Virus record (IMG/VR): IMGVR_UViG_2974506496_000001
Location: 192,001-256,000 of that record
From: a virus
Lineage: Duplodnaviria; Caudoviricetes
DNA length: 64,000 bases
Strand: one strand, 5' to 3'
The translations under genes and the position numbers were made by a program. Below the pieces are notes generated by a model, which was not told where the DNA came from, did no database searches, and saw nothing but the letters and a program-made list of their open reading frames with translations. Below, one piece after another: positions 8,199 to 17,527 of this stretch; position 1 is the stretch's first letter, and every line of letters begins with the position of its first letter.

Positions 8199-9743
8199 AT
8201 GACAACTCCACTTATTAACTATTACACGGGCTTCCTGGAATCGACGGGCGCTGTGATTGATCAGTCCACCGGTGTGGTGAGCTATGAACGTTCCACCGGT
8301 TTAAAGCCGGTGTTAATCGATGGCAAAGAGCTGATCCTACCCATCCGTGCGTTTCAGGATAAGCCGGACTGGACGCGTTATGTACCATTCCATCCGCTGT
8401 CTGAATCGATTGCTCGTGGTGAATCGGAAGTGCTGCAGAAAGCCAAAGAGCTGATCAGTCTGAAGCTGTTCCTGAAATATGCGGAACTGTCTGAAGCGCT
8501 GCTGATGCTGGCAGTGAACTCTGAATCGCAGGCGAAGCTCACCCCTACCCAGATGAAGTTCCTGGAAGGGCTGGGTGATGCGGATGAGAAAACGGTTGAG
8601 AACTTCTCAAAGATCCTGGCGAAATCCAAAGCGACCTTTGAAGGTGGTGAGAACCGTTGTCTGGTGTCGTTGTTCCTGAAACGTGGCGGTACACTCAACG
8701 GGCAGAAGTTTGCCCGTCTGTGTGTTGTAGCGTTCCCGTACTACGAAGCGCTGTGTAAGATCGAAAACGAACCTGCGGATAAGCGCGTGGTGTTTGGTGT
8801 GCCATTGCGTGCCAAAGACATCAAAGTGCTGAAGCGTCTGCATGAAGTGATCGTACCGAACAGCGATGACGGGATCTACTCGATCGGGACTAACGTACAG
8901 ACTGCGCCGTACTGGGGTGCATTGATGATGACTTACGTCAACATCCTGAACCAGTTCAACAGCGTAATCAAACCGTTCTCGAAAGTGATCAAATCGCTGA
9001 AGGCGGTTGATACCTCGTGGGATGTGGGTGATGAGTTGCAACAGTTCCGTGCTGAGATTCCACCGATGCCGTATAATGAAGGTGCAGATTCCAGCAAACC
9101 AGCTGAAACAACCCAGCCTCTGCAGACCCAACAGCAGCCTGTTGCGACGCAGCCACAAACCATCCCACAGCCAACCGGTAATCTGGTACAGCAGCCAGCA
9201 ACCATCCAGCAGGCGCCGAGCTTTAACGGTAATCAGAACCAGTCCAGCACAGTCACCCATCCGCCAGCTCACAACGTTAAACCATCTAACGGTGGCGGTG
9301 TGAACTTCGCTGATGCGATGAACAAGTCGGGCATGGGGATGATGCCACAAATGCAGATGCCAGGGATGATGCCACAGATGTATCCTCAGCAGGGTTACCC
9401 ACAGCAGCAGATGCCAATGTATCCGCAACAGCAAATGTATCCTCAGATGCAGATGCAAATGCCGATGCAGCAGCTTCCAATGCCACCGGTCTCTCAGCCG
9501 CAGGGTCAGCAGCAATTCCCGCAGCAGATGTATTATCAAAATGGTCAGTTGCCAATGCCGCCGGTTAGCCAGCAGCAACAGCAAGGTTACCCACAGCAGG
9601 GCATGTATCCTCAGCAGCAGATGATGCAGCCTCAAATGTACCCGCAGATGCAAATGCCTGGCATGATGCCACAAATGCAGATGCCGGGTATGATGCAGCA
9701 GGGTTACCCGCAACAGCCACAGATGTTCCAGTTCGGGCGTTAA
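8199..9743 (+). CDS. phiKZ gp70-position protein: folded N-domain plus long Q/P/M-rich low-complexity C-tail
   Basis: 514 aa; the last roughly 215 residues are dominated by Q, P, M, Y and G. Confidence 0.75.
   Translation: MTTPLINYYTGFLESTGAVIDQSTGVVSYERSTGLKPVLIDGKELILPIRAFQDKPDWTRYVPFHPLSESIARGESEVLQKAKELISLKLFLKYAELSEALLMLAVNSESQAKLTPTQMKFLEGLGDADEKTVENFSKILAKSKATFEGGENRCLVSLFLKRGGTLNGQKFARLCVVAFPYYEALCKIENEPADKRVVFGVPLRAKDIKVLKRLHEVIVPNSDDGIYSIGTNVQTAPYWGALMMTYVNILNQFNSVIKPFSKVIKSLKAVDTSWDVGDELQQFRAEIPPMPYNEGADSSKPAETTQPLQTQQQPVATQPQTIPQPTGNLVQQPATIQQAPSFNGNQNQSSTVTHPPAHNVKPSNGGGVNFADAMNKSGMGMMPQMQMPGMMPQMYPQQGYPQQQMPMYPQQQMYPQMQMQMPMQQLPMPPVSQPQGQQQFPQQMYYQNGQLPMPPVSQQQQQGYPQQGMYPQQQMMQPQMYPQMQMPGMMPQMQMPGMMQQGYPQQPQMFQFGR
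9341..9730 (+). repeat. Coding imperfect repeats (MPQMQMPGMM, YPQQ, QLPMPPVSQ)
   Basis: ATGCCACAAATGCAGATGCC occurs near 9342 and 9666; QLPMPPVSQ occurs twice; YPQ recurs many times. Confidence 0.85.
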
Positions 9744-9757
9744 TCTATAAATCTGAT

Positions 9758-9790
9758 CGGCATAAGGAGAGGCTACGGCCTCTCCTCTTT
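9758..9790. terminator. Bidirectional hairpin at a convergent junction, CGGCATAA on the left
   Basis: CGGCATA-AGGAGAGGC-TACG-GCCTCTCCT-CTTT. Confidence 0.8.
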
Positions 9791-9795
9791 CAGAG

Positions 9796-10131
9796 TCATT
9801 TTTTATTTGAGTTGTAGAGATCTCTAATAGATGACAGAAGTGAACTGTTTTCATCTATTAGAAGAATGTCCGTTGTAATGACATCCCATTTAAAGGGATT
9901 CATGATGTTGTTGATTCGCATAGTTAACCAATGCATGTGATAAGGAACGCCGTATTCCAGTAGTAGCATGCGAAAGTCACCACGTTCTTCGTACTGTTCA
10001 AGAGGGGTAGGGGGAGTAAACTTAGTTGCATTCGCCCGAAGCAAATCGAGATGATGCACCAGGACCTGACGAAAGCCGTGATCTTGAAACAGCTTATCGG
10101 TCGGGTGTTTGATTTCGTTGCTGACTCGCAT
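9796..10131 (-). CDS. Small protein with LysM/T4 gp53-like pattern (putative baseplate component)
   Basis: 111 aa; GDFRMLLLEYGVPYHMHWLTMRINNIMNP resembles the gp53/LysM helix-W-x4-N-x-I-x-[DN]P pattern; has a minus-oriented terminator. Confidence 0.5.
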   Translation of the reverse strand: MRVSNEIKHPTDKLFQDHGFRQVLVHHLDLLRANATKFTPPTPLEQYEERGDFRMLLLEYGVPYHMHWLTMRINNIMNPFKWDVITTDILLIDENSSLLSSIRDLYNSNKK

Positions 10132-10152
10132 ATGCGTAAATACCTATACTTG

Positions 10153-10169
10153 TTTAAGCCTATATTATC
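10153..10169 (+). promoter_or_regulatory. Candidate early promoter CCTATATTATC
   Basis: TTTAAGCCTATATTATC about 33 nt upstream of the nvRNAP beta ATG. Confidence 0.55.
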
Positions 10170-10201
10170 TCTTGGCAGTTAGGTTGATAAAAGGAATCAT
10201 A

Positions 10202-12313
10202 ATGAGTCATATTACCGAGGCAAGTGAACTCTCTGCAGAGTTGTTAGGCAGTGTGTTATGTTTGAACCCAACCGTACATGGCGATAGCAGCCCACGTTCT
10301 GCTATGTTCGGAGGTCATGCAGGACAGGCCGTGACAATCGAGGGTAGCACGCCACGTATGTTAAAAACCGGGATCGAGTATGAGTACGGTCAACGGACCT
10401 TCAAGATTGAAGCGCCGTGTCAGATGCTCGTGATCGGTGTGATTAACCGTTTCGTCACCAACCACGTTGGTACTGGGGGTGTGAAAGAGAACCCTGAGAA
10501 ATATGTGATCTATCAGAACTTAAGTGTAAATACGCCTACACCGACGTTCGGCATTCTGTGTATTCCGACCTATCACACACGTAACCACGCATTAGGGTTT
10601 AAGTATGTGATGGACAAGAAAGCAATTAACCGTTTGTACAGTGTTGATGGTAAGGCGTATATCGAAAAGGGTGTGATCTTTGCCCGTTCCCCTAACTTAA
10701 CCGAAGGTGGCGATTATAAGTACGGTCGTGAAACCAACGTAGCATTTATGTCATTACCGGAAGTCGAACAGGACGGAATGGTGGTAACAGAAAGCTTCGC
10801 ACAAGCCATGGCCTGTACCAAGATCGAAAGCCGTATCGCACAGTGGGGCGATGATCAGGTGTTGTTGAACCTGTATGGCGACGATGAGAACTACAAAGCG
10901 TTTCCGGATATCGGCGATAAGATTCGTGAAGATGGGATGTTGTTTGCGGTACGTAAGATCATGCCAGGTACTGGCATTGTCAATCTGACCCCAAAAGCCC
11001 TTCGTACTTACGATCCGAACTTCGACTATCCGCAGTATGCTGAAGCCGGTGCCACGGTGGTGAACGTCCAGGTGAACTCGGACCGCATGCGTACAGGACG
11101 TACCGATGTGCAGTTCTATGATAAACAAGCTGAACGGTATGAACGTGCAGCGCGTGAGTTCTCCAAGTCTCTGCGTAAGATCTACGACGACCTCTATCGT
11201 ACGTATGGTCATGGCATGATTCTGGAACCTGAACTCAACCGGATGGTGACGGATGCCATCTCGGATACCGGCGGTATGGATCGCAAGATGAATAATCAAG
11301 GACAGATTATCAGCGTGGACAAAGGCACACAGGTCTATAACAAAGTCCCGATTGGTGACTGGCGTGTGAAGATCACCTTTGTTAAACGGATTGAAGCCGG
11401 CGTGCGCTTTAAGATCACCGATACCCATGGCGGTAAAGGTGTTATCGTAAACGTGATTCCTGACGCCGATGCGCCGACCGATGATTACGGTAACCGGGCG
11501 GATGTGATCATGGATGATGTGTCGATTACCAAACGTATGAACCTGGGCAAGCCAACCGAGCAGTATATCAACGGTGCATCAGTATATGCAGCGAAGATTG
11601 CGCGCCAGATGGCAGCCAGCGGGGATCTGGATGGTGCCTGGAATCACCTCATGAGTTATTACCATGCAGCTGCGTATGAGCAATGGGAAATGATGCAATC
11701 ACCAACGTACCTGGATAACAAACCGAATCGCGATCATCATGTGCGTTGGGTGTGTGATCATGGTATTGAGTTGTTTGCACCAACTGACCGTCGCTACTTC
11801 GGGGCCGAGCAGGTACGGCGTATCATGAAGGAGCATGACTTCCCGGTTACACCCGTGACGTATCGTGCACCCGATGGGCGTATGGTCCGTACGCGTGATC
11901 CGGTGGTGATTGCGCCGATCTATATCATCCTGCTGGAAAAGATGGGCGAATACTGGGCGTCGTGTGCGATTCCAAAACTCACACACTTCGGTACACTCTC
12001 ATCCTTAACACAGGCGGATAAGTTTGCGTTGCCGTGGCGTAACACCCCAACCCGTTTCGGTGAGTCTGAGTTGCGTCTGTTCTTAGCAGCGTGTCGTGGC
12101 TATTATGCGAACCGCCTGCAAAGCATGGCGAACACTCCGGCGATGCAGAAGGAAGCTGCATTGATGTTCTTGCGTCACGATACACCAATGAACATCCCGA
12201 ACGTGATTGATGAAACGAAGACACCACTGGGGCGTGCACGTCCATTGCAGATGTATAAGCATAACCAGGGCTGTCGTGGTATTGAGTTTGAAACAACCGT
12301 GTTAAATAAATAA
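10202..12313 (+). CDS. Non-virion RNA polymerase beta subunit, C-terminal part (phiKZ gp71/73-like)
   Basis: RpoB motifs KITDTHGGKGVI, DVIMDDVSITKRMNLG and RFGESE. Start moved to ATG 10202 (AAAGGAA RBS). Confidence 0.9.
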   Translation: MSHITEASELSAELLGSVLCLNPTVHGDSSPRSAMFGGHAGQAVTIEGSTPRMLKTGIEYEYGQRTFKIEAPCQMLVIGVINRFVTNHVGTGGVKENPEKYVIYQNLSVNTPTPTFGILCIPTYHTRNHALGFKYVMDKKAINRLYSVDGKAYIEKGVIFARSPNLTEGGDYKYGRETNVAFMSLPEVEQDGMVVTESFAQAMACTKIESRIAQWGDDQVLLNLYGDDENYKAFPDIGDKIREDGMLFAVRKIMPGTGIVNLTPKALRTYDPNFDYPQYAEAGATVVNVQVNSDRMRTGRTDVQFYDKQAERYERAAREFSKSLRKIYDDLYRTYGHGMILEPELNRMVTDAISDTGGMDRKMNNQGQIISVDKGTQVYNKVPIGDWRVKITFVKRIEAGVRFKITDTHGGKGVIVNVIPDADAPTDDYGNRADVIMDDVSITKRMNLGKPTEQYINGASVYAAKIARQMAASGDLDGAWNHLMSYYHAAAYEQWEMMQSPTYLDNKPNRDHHVRWVCDHGIELFAPTDRRYFGAEQVRRIMKEHDFPVTPVTYRAPDGRMVRTRDPVVIAPIYIILLEKMGEYWASCAIPKLTHFGTLSSLTQADKFALPWRNTPTRFGESELRLFLAACRGYYANRLQSMANTPAMQKEAALMFLRHDTPMNIPNVIDETKTPLGRARPLQMYKHNQGCRGIEFETTVLNK

Positions 12314-12320
12314 GGGGTGT

Positions 12321-14291
12321 GTGATGCAAAGCTATCATTGGCGTGATCTGTTGTCGATGTCTGAGGAGCAGATTTGGCAACTTGATCCTGCAATCAACAA
12401 CCCAATCATTGAAGTGGTGGCAGAGGATGCCACCTTCAAGATTCCTGCCCGACAGGTTATCGGTAGCTGGTATTGCTGGCCGTTTCAAAAGCTCTATCGC
12501 AACATGGTGTTGTGTAAGCGTCATTTCATCACAGCGTTTCGTCTGTCGAACAAAACCATCCTGGGGATCATGACCAACGGTTATCGTGATTATGATGCGA
12601 TGATGAACGGCACTATCTTAGATGTCGTGGCATTAAACAGCTTGATTGCGAAAACGGCGAACCGCATTAACAATGCGTTTGTCACCAAGATCCCAGAGTA
12701 TGTCACGACCTCGGGCATGAAGCAGTATATTGAAATCGTGGATGACCCTGAGTTTAAAGCGATTCGTGATGCAATGGAACCTAACCAGAACTCGATTCGT
12801 GATGGTTATGATGCGTCACTCAAACTGCTGATGGACCCGAAGAAGTATGTCGGTAATCAGGTGGCGGAGTATGTGAAGCAAGGATCAGCATCAGCAGGCC
12901 AGGCATTACAATGTCTGGTGGTGCGTGGTTATCTGACTGACCATAACTCGCGTATCTTTGTTAAGCCGGTCATGGGTAACTATGTCGAAGGGCTGGGTAA
13001 GTTCTACGACTCGTTCGTGGAATCACGCTCAGCAACCAAAGCGGCGTTGTTTACCAAGAAACCCCTGGAAGACTCCGAATGGTTTAACCGTAAAATGCAG
13101 CTGGTTGCACAAGCGGTGCAGAAGATCCATCTGGGGGAGGATTGTGGGTCGACGATAACAGTGCCTATTGTTATGCGTCGTGGCTGGGCAAGTGCGATGG
13201 CCGGTACGTATTATCTGGATGATGATGGATCGTACAAAATGATCACGGAAGAGGACAAGCATCTGGAGAACCGGTTACTCAATATCCGCTCTCCGATGTA
13301 TTGTAATCATCCTGACCGTACCGGTATCTGTGAGCGGTGTTATGGGAAGTTAGCGGTATCCATTCCGTACTTCAATGTCGAAGGGAAAGTTGGGGATAAC
13401 CAGGTGATCGTGGGGCACGTCAGTGCAACGGAAATCGGTGAGGATCTCTCACAGAAGATGCTGTCAACCAAACACCTGGATACGTCCTCGACGGTAGATC
13501 CGTTTGCTATTCGTCGTGCCGATGCGTTGTATGTGAAACCAGGCTTGCGTGAAAACGCCATTCGCCTGAATCCACGTCTGCGTAATGAAAAGGTCACGAT
13601 GAAGGTATCTTTCGACAAAACTACCGCATTATCTGATATCGCAGTTGCCGAAAACTTAGATGAAGTAGCAACGCGTGTTTCCGGTTTCAATGAGATCGTG
13701 CTGGAGTTTGAGCGTGAAGATGGGGGTAAAGAGTCTATCCCAATCAACACCACCCAGGGTTCTCGTCAGGGTCAATTCACTGTCGACTTCCTGCGTTACT
13801 TGCAGCGCGTAAGCTGGACGAGTGCGGACAAAGATTATATCTCTATCCGTCTGGATCAATTTGAATATGATTGCGATGTGGTTGAATTGCCGTTAGTGCA
13901 TGAAGACATGATGGCGTATCAGAAACAGATTGAATCCTACATCCGTTTCAGTAAGGAATCAGCGAATTGGAAAAACAAGTTTGTCACGCCGGATGAAGTG
14001 GGTGTGGTACTGGATGAGTTCTTCTCGTTACTGCGTCAGCGTTTGGGTGTGAACATTGTTCATGCACAGATCATGCTGTATTCAGTGATGACCATGGACC
14101 CAGCCAAAGGCGACTATCGTCTTCCGCGGGCGTATGAACCACGGCAGTTCTCTTCCTATCACGAATGTATCGAGTACCGTTCTCTCTCGGTCCAGCTCGT
14201 GTATCAGGAACAGGCTGCGGTGATGCTGAAGCCGTCCACTTTCCTCAATGACAAACGACAACCGCACCCGATGGATGAAATCTTCAAATAA
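12321..14291 (+). CDS. Non-virion RNA polymerase beta' subunit, C-terminal part (phiKZ gp74-like)
   Basis: RpoC motifs DCGS, RSPMYC...GICERCYG (Zn site) and trigger-loop-like VGHVSATEIGEDLSQKMLSTKH. Confidence 0.9.
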   Translation: MMQSYHWRDLLSMSEEQIWQLDPAINNPIIEVVAEDATFKIPARQVIGSWYCWPFQKLYRNMVLCKRHFITAFRLSNKTILGIMTNGYRDYDAMMNGTILDVVALNSLIAKTANRINNAFVTKIPEYVTTSGMKQYIEIVDDPEFKAIRDAMEPNQNSIRDGYDASLKLLMDPKKYVGNQVAEYVKQGSASAGQALQCLVVRGYLTDHNSRIFVKPVMGNYVEGLGKFYDSFVESRSATKAALFTKKPLEDSEWFNRKMQLVAQAVQKIHLGEDCGSTITVPIVMRRGWASAMAGTYYLDDDGSYKMITEEDKHLENRLLNIRSPMYCNHPDRTGICERCYGKLAVSIPYFNVEGKVGDNQVIVGHVSATEIGEDLSQKMLSTKHLDTSSTVDPFAIRRADALYVKPGLRENAIRLNPRLRNEKVTMKVSFDKTTALSDIAVAENLDEVATRVSGFNEIVLEFEREDGGKESIPINTTQGSRQGQFTVDFLRYLQRVSWTSADKDYISIRLDQFEYDCDVVELPLVHEDMMAYQKQIESYIRFSKESANWKNKFVTPDEVGVVLDEFFSLLRQRLGVNIVHAQIMLYSVMTMDPAKGDYRLPRAYEPRQFSSYHECIEYRSLSVQLVYQEQAAVMLKPSTFLNDKRQPHPMDEIFK

Positions 14292-14305
14292 GTAAGAGGT
14301 TGGCG

Positions 14306-15853
14306 ATGCGCAATACTGCGACAATCACTATCAATAGTCACGGCTTTACAGTCTCTGATTATAATAGTGAGTTCTACGAGAAGTTGAAGTTGTATTGCGC
14401 TCGTTTTGTCAAAACAAAAATGGTCTCTAAGGTCGTCCATGGACGGAGGATCTTGGCTAAAGAAAATGACCGTGTTTTTGCGAGCGCTCTAAGCAACCGT
14501 CGAGAGATCCGCTTTCACATCAACTGCTATGAAGAGTTCAAACGTCATATGCAGCAGTGGGGATATAATGTCTCCCGCTTTAAGGAAGTGCGAACACCAA
14601 TTCCAGAAGGCAAAGATGCTAACTTCGAATTCAAGTTCGAAGGTGTGCAGCCCCGTGAGCATCAAGTGGAATGGTTGGAGTACCAGTTAAATAAAGACCA
14701 GGGTGAAGTCACCACAAAGATCAATACCTTGCAAACCGGTAAGGGGAAGAGCTTCTGTGGTATTTACAACATGGTCAAGCTGGGAAAAGTAACGGTCATT
14801 GTCATCATGCCAAAATACATTAATACGTGGATTGTGGCGCTGAATGACTTTGTCAAGTTAGGTGAGAATGACATCATGGTGGTGCAAGGCTCAGGTGAAC
14901 TCAACGGCTGCATGAAGTTGGCTGAAGAAGGTAAACTTGAATCCCGCATCATTATTATCAGTCTCCCCACCTTCCAATATTACATGTCGGAGTATGAAGA
15001 TAACAACGGCGTGATGACGCATTACAACTACACACCTGATCAATTCTGGGCAATGATCCAACCCGGGTTCCTCATTGTCGATGAAGGCCATGAGTCAATC
15101 CACGCGCTGTTCAAGTTCGACCTTTACACCCATGTCAAAAATAAACTGGTACTCTCGGCCACCCTTGAGGCGGATGACCAGTTTATTAACGACATGTACT
15201 TTGTCATCTACCCGAATAAAATCAGGTTCCGTGGTGGCGAGTATGATAAGTACATCGAAGCGATTGCCTTGATGTATGGACTGGTGAGTAATAAGAAGGT
15301 CAAGACCAAAGGCTTCGGCGGGACGTATAACCACGTCAAGTTTGAGCAAAGCATCATGAAAGACAAGCAGCTGTTGAAGACGTACCTTACGCTCATCAAC
15401 AAGGTGTTCTCCTTCTTCTTTATTAAAGTGAAGGAACCTGAACAACGCTGTCTCATTTATTGTGCCACGGTCGAGATGTGTTTGTACGTGACGGATTATC
15501 TGAGCACTATCCATGATACCCTGATCGTGCGTAAGTATACCCAGGAAGACCCGAAAGAATCGTTGTATGAATCTGACGTGAGTGTTTCGACACTGAAGTC
15601 AGCCGGTACCGGTGTGGATATCCCAGGACTCCGCACTTGCATCATGACGATCGCGATTGGGTCACGGCAAGCCAGTGATCAGGCATTGGGGCGACTGCGG
15701 CGGTTGAAAGACTACCCGGACACTATCCCGACGTTTGTTTACTTCGCCTGCACGGGTATCGAAGCACACATGAAATACCACAGCAAGAAACTCGAACTCT
15801 TCCCAGTGAAGACGTTGAGTCTGCGTGAGGTGAACAGCGGCTTCTCGTTATAA
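14306..15853 (+). CDS. SF2 DExH helicase (phiKZ gp75-like)
   Basis: Motifs LQTGKGKS, IVDEGH, LSAT, GTGVDIPGL and QALGRLRR. Confidence 0.9.
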   Translation: MRNTATITINSHGFTVSDYNSEFYEKLKLYCARFVKTKMVSKVVHGRRILAKENDRVFASALSNRREIRFHINCYEEFKRHMQQWGYNVSRFKEVRTPIPEGKDANFEFKFEGVQPREHQVEWLEYQLNKDQGEVTTKINTLQTGKGKSFCGIYNMVKLGKVTVIVIMPKYINTWIVALNDFVKLGENDIMVVQGSGELNGCMKLAEEGKLESRIIIISLPTFQYYMSEYEDNNGVMTHYNYTPDQFWAMIQPGFLIVDEGHESIHALFKFDLYTHVKNKLVLSATLEADDQFINDMYFVIYPNKIRFRGGEYDKYIEAIALMYGLVSNKKVKTKGFGGTYNHVKFEQSIMKDKQLLKTYLTLINKVFSFFFIKVKEPEQRCLIYCATVEMCLYVTDYLSTIHDTLIVRKYTQEDPKESLYESDVSVSTLKSAGTGVDIPGLRTCIMTIAIGSRQASDQALGRLRRLKDYPDTIPTFVYFACTGIEAHMKYHSKKLELFPVKTLSLREVNSGFSL

Positions 15854-15863
15854 ACTGACTGTG

Positions 15864-15900
15864 TAAAAGACCAGGGGGCTTACTCCTTGGTCTTTTATGC
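15864..15900 (+). terminator. Hairpin with TTTTATGC tail
   Basis: AAAAGACCAGGGGG-CTTA-CTCCTTGGTCTTTT then ATGC. Confidence 0.75.
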
Positions 15901-15937
15901 TTTCTTTCCTTTTCTTTTTGTTAAGGATACACAGCTT

Positions 15938-16264
15938 ATGAATGGTAACCGACCAGTAATGGTGATTGGCGGCATGGGGTTGAGTCCTGCATTGATTGAG
16001 CGCTTACGGCAGTTAGACGACCTGGAGATCAAGTTGGTGGCCGATGTGGCAATCAGCGATATCCTGGAGTTTGAACCGGGTTATGCTCGCGGCTTGGTTC
16101 AGGCGATTCAGCATCAGCAACAACGTGAGTGGAATCCCTTCCGGGAAAGCTACTGGGATAACTTCATTACCCTGCGACGTAAAGAAGTCAACGGACATAC
16201 CCGCATTCCTCCCAAGAAAGCCACCTGCAGCTCCCGTCGTAAGGGACGGAGGTTCAAGGGATGA
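15938..16264 (+). CDS. Hypothetical protein, basic C-terminus
   Basis: Start moved to ATG 15938 (AAGGA RBS). Confidence 0.6.
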   Translation: MNGNRPVMVIGGMGLSPALIERLRQLDDLEIKLVADVAISDILEFEPGYARGLVQAIQHQQQREWNPFRESYWDNFITLRRKEVNGHTRIPPKKATCSSRRKGRRFKG

Positions 16265-16584
16265 GCGAGATCGATTATCGTGCATTGAAGTATTGTGTCA
16301 CCAAGGTTAGTCGGCGTATCCGCGACGGGGATTCCCGTAACGCGTCACGTTGCCTCTTCCAGTATGTTGAGACGCACGCCGCATTACAAGACATGGCCGC
16401 CATTGATCGTCTTTTAGCACAGTGCCGAGAAAATAAGGTACCCCTAAAAGAGATCAACAAAGTCTCGTTACTGCGTGCATGCTCATGTTTACGCCCCCAC
16501 CTTACAGAGTATCAGTCGTGTATGGACCTGTGGCGCCAGGACATTAAAGCGGCGGGTATGGAAAACTTATTAATAGGATTGTGA
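16261..16584 (+). CDS. Hypothetical protein
   Basis: ATGA overlap with the upstream stop. Confidence 0.6.
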   Translation: MSEIDYRALKYCVTKVSRRIRDGDSRNASRCLFQYVETHAALQDMAAIDRLLAQCRENKVPLKEINKVSLLRACSCLRPHLTEYQSCMDLWRQDIKAAGMENLLIGL

Positions 16585-16585
16585 T

Positions 16586-16948
16586 ATGTCTGATTATTGT
16601 GCGGATATCTTTAAAGCGATCAGTTGCAAAACCCCCACCAAAGGCAGTGAACTCTACATCGATGATTTCGGTGATCTGTGGATGTTGATTCCCAAGCTTA
16701 ACCGCTTCGGTGAGCAGTCAGTGTTTCGTCAGTATGCCGGTAACCTTGCGTTGATGGCTGACCGCGGGCAGATGTATCAGGGTCAGTTATATGTGTGTGA
16801 GTTGATCCCGGGATATCACTTGGTGTTAACCAACCAAGCCGTGATGGTCAACCAATACAGCCTGGTGCAGTATGTGAAGACCCGTGCTGCGAAAGTGGAA
16901 GCGCGCTACCGTAAGAAACCCAAGCCGATGAGCCGAGCTTACGCGTAA
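16586..16948 (+). CDS. Hypothetical protein
   Basis: 120-aa ORF in operon context, AGGA RBS. Confidence 0.6.
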   Translation: MSDYCADIFKAISCKTPTKGSELYIDDFGDLWMLIPKLNRFGEQSVFRQYAGNLALMADRGQMYQGQLYVCELIPGYHLVLTNQAVMVNQYSLVQYVKTRAAKVEARYRKKPKPMSRAYA

Positions 16949-16978
16949 GCAACCTGACTGACAAGAAAGGATAGACCT

Positions 16979-17488
16979 ATGTTCGAATGGTTCTCTGTGT
17001 TATTGATGAAGTGGTTGACCCGAAAGGAAAAGAAACACAACAGGACAGTGCGGGTAGAACCGGTGGTGTTTGAACCGCAACTCAAACCCACCCCGCAGCC
17101 GTTGAGTAACGCGTTAAAAGAAGAAGCGCAGCAGATTCGGGACACCCTGCTGTTTGAGTCGCCGTTGAATAAATCCCGACCGATCCCGACCAAACCCACC
17201 TTACGGGTAGTAAGACCCAGTACAAGCTCCTCACGCCCACACGGTAAGGCGAACGATGACAGCATGCTAACACATGCCTTATTGATGCAGCAGGTGTTAG
17301 CAGACGATACAGCGCCGTCTGATCGTCATCATCGTACCCATGCCCCTCAGGATAACCACCGCCATGAAGACCGACCCTCGTACCATTCCACGCCCACTCA
17401 TCATAGCAGTTCTAGTAGTAGTCGCGATGATGATAACGGGAGTAATGATTACAGTAGCGGACCTAGTGACAGCGGTTCGTCTGATTAA
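16979..17488 (+). CDS. Hypothetical protein with hydrophobic N-terminus and Ser/Asp/His-rich tail
   Basis: AAGGA RBS; ends SSSSSRDDDNGSNDYSSGPSDSGSSD. Confidence 0.65.
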   Translation: MFEWFSVLLMKWLTRKEKKHNRTVRVEPVVFEPQLKPTPQPLSNALKEEAQQIRDTLLFESPLNKSRPIPTKPTLRVVRPSTSSSRPHGKANDDSMLTHALLMQQVLADDTAPSDRHHRTHAPQDNHRHEDRPSYHSTPTHHSSSSSSRDDDNGSNDYSSGPSDSGSSD

Positions 17489-17527
17489 TACCCTCGATTA
17501 ACCTTACGTAATAAGGAACGCCTCACC

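Noticed and set aside
9341-9730. Short direct repeats resembling a CRISPR or DNA repeat array
   Set aside because: Repeats are in frame, vary at synonymous positions and have no constant repeat-spacer period; no cas genes seen.
8607-9854. 415-aa antisense ORF rich in H and L
   Set aside because: Shadow of the CAG/ATG/CCG-rich repeat on the plus strand; it overlaps a better gene and crosses a terminator.
10109-10201. N-terminal extension of the nvRNAP beta ORF in the ORF track
   Set aside because: It starts at TTG, overlaps the divergent gene and candidate promoter, and ATG 10202 has a better RBS.
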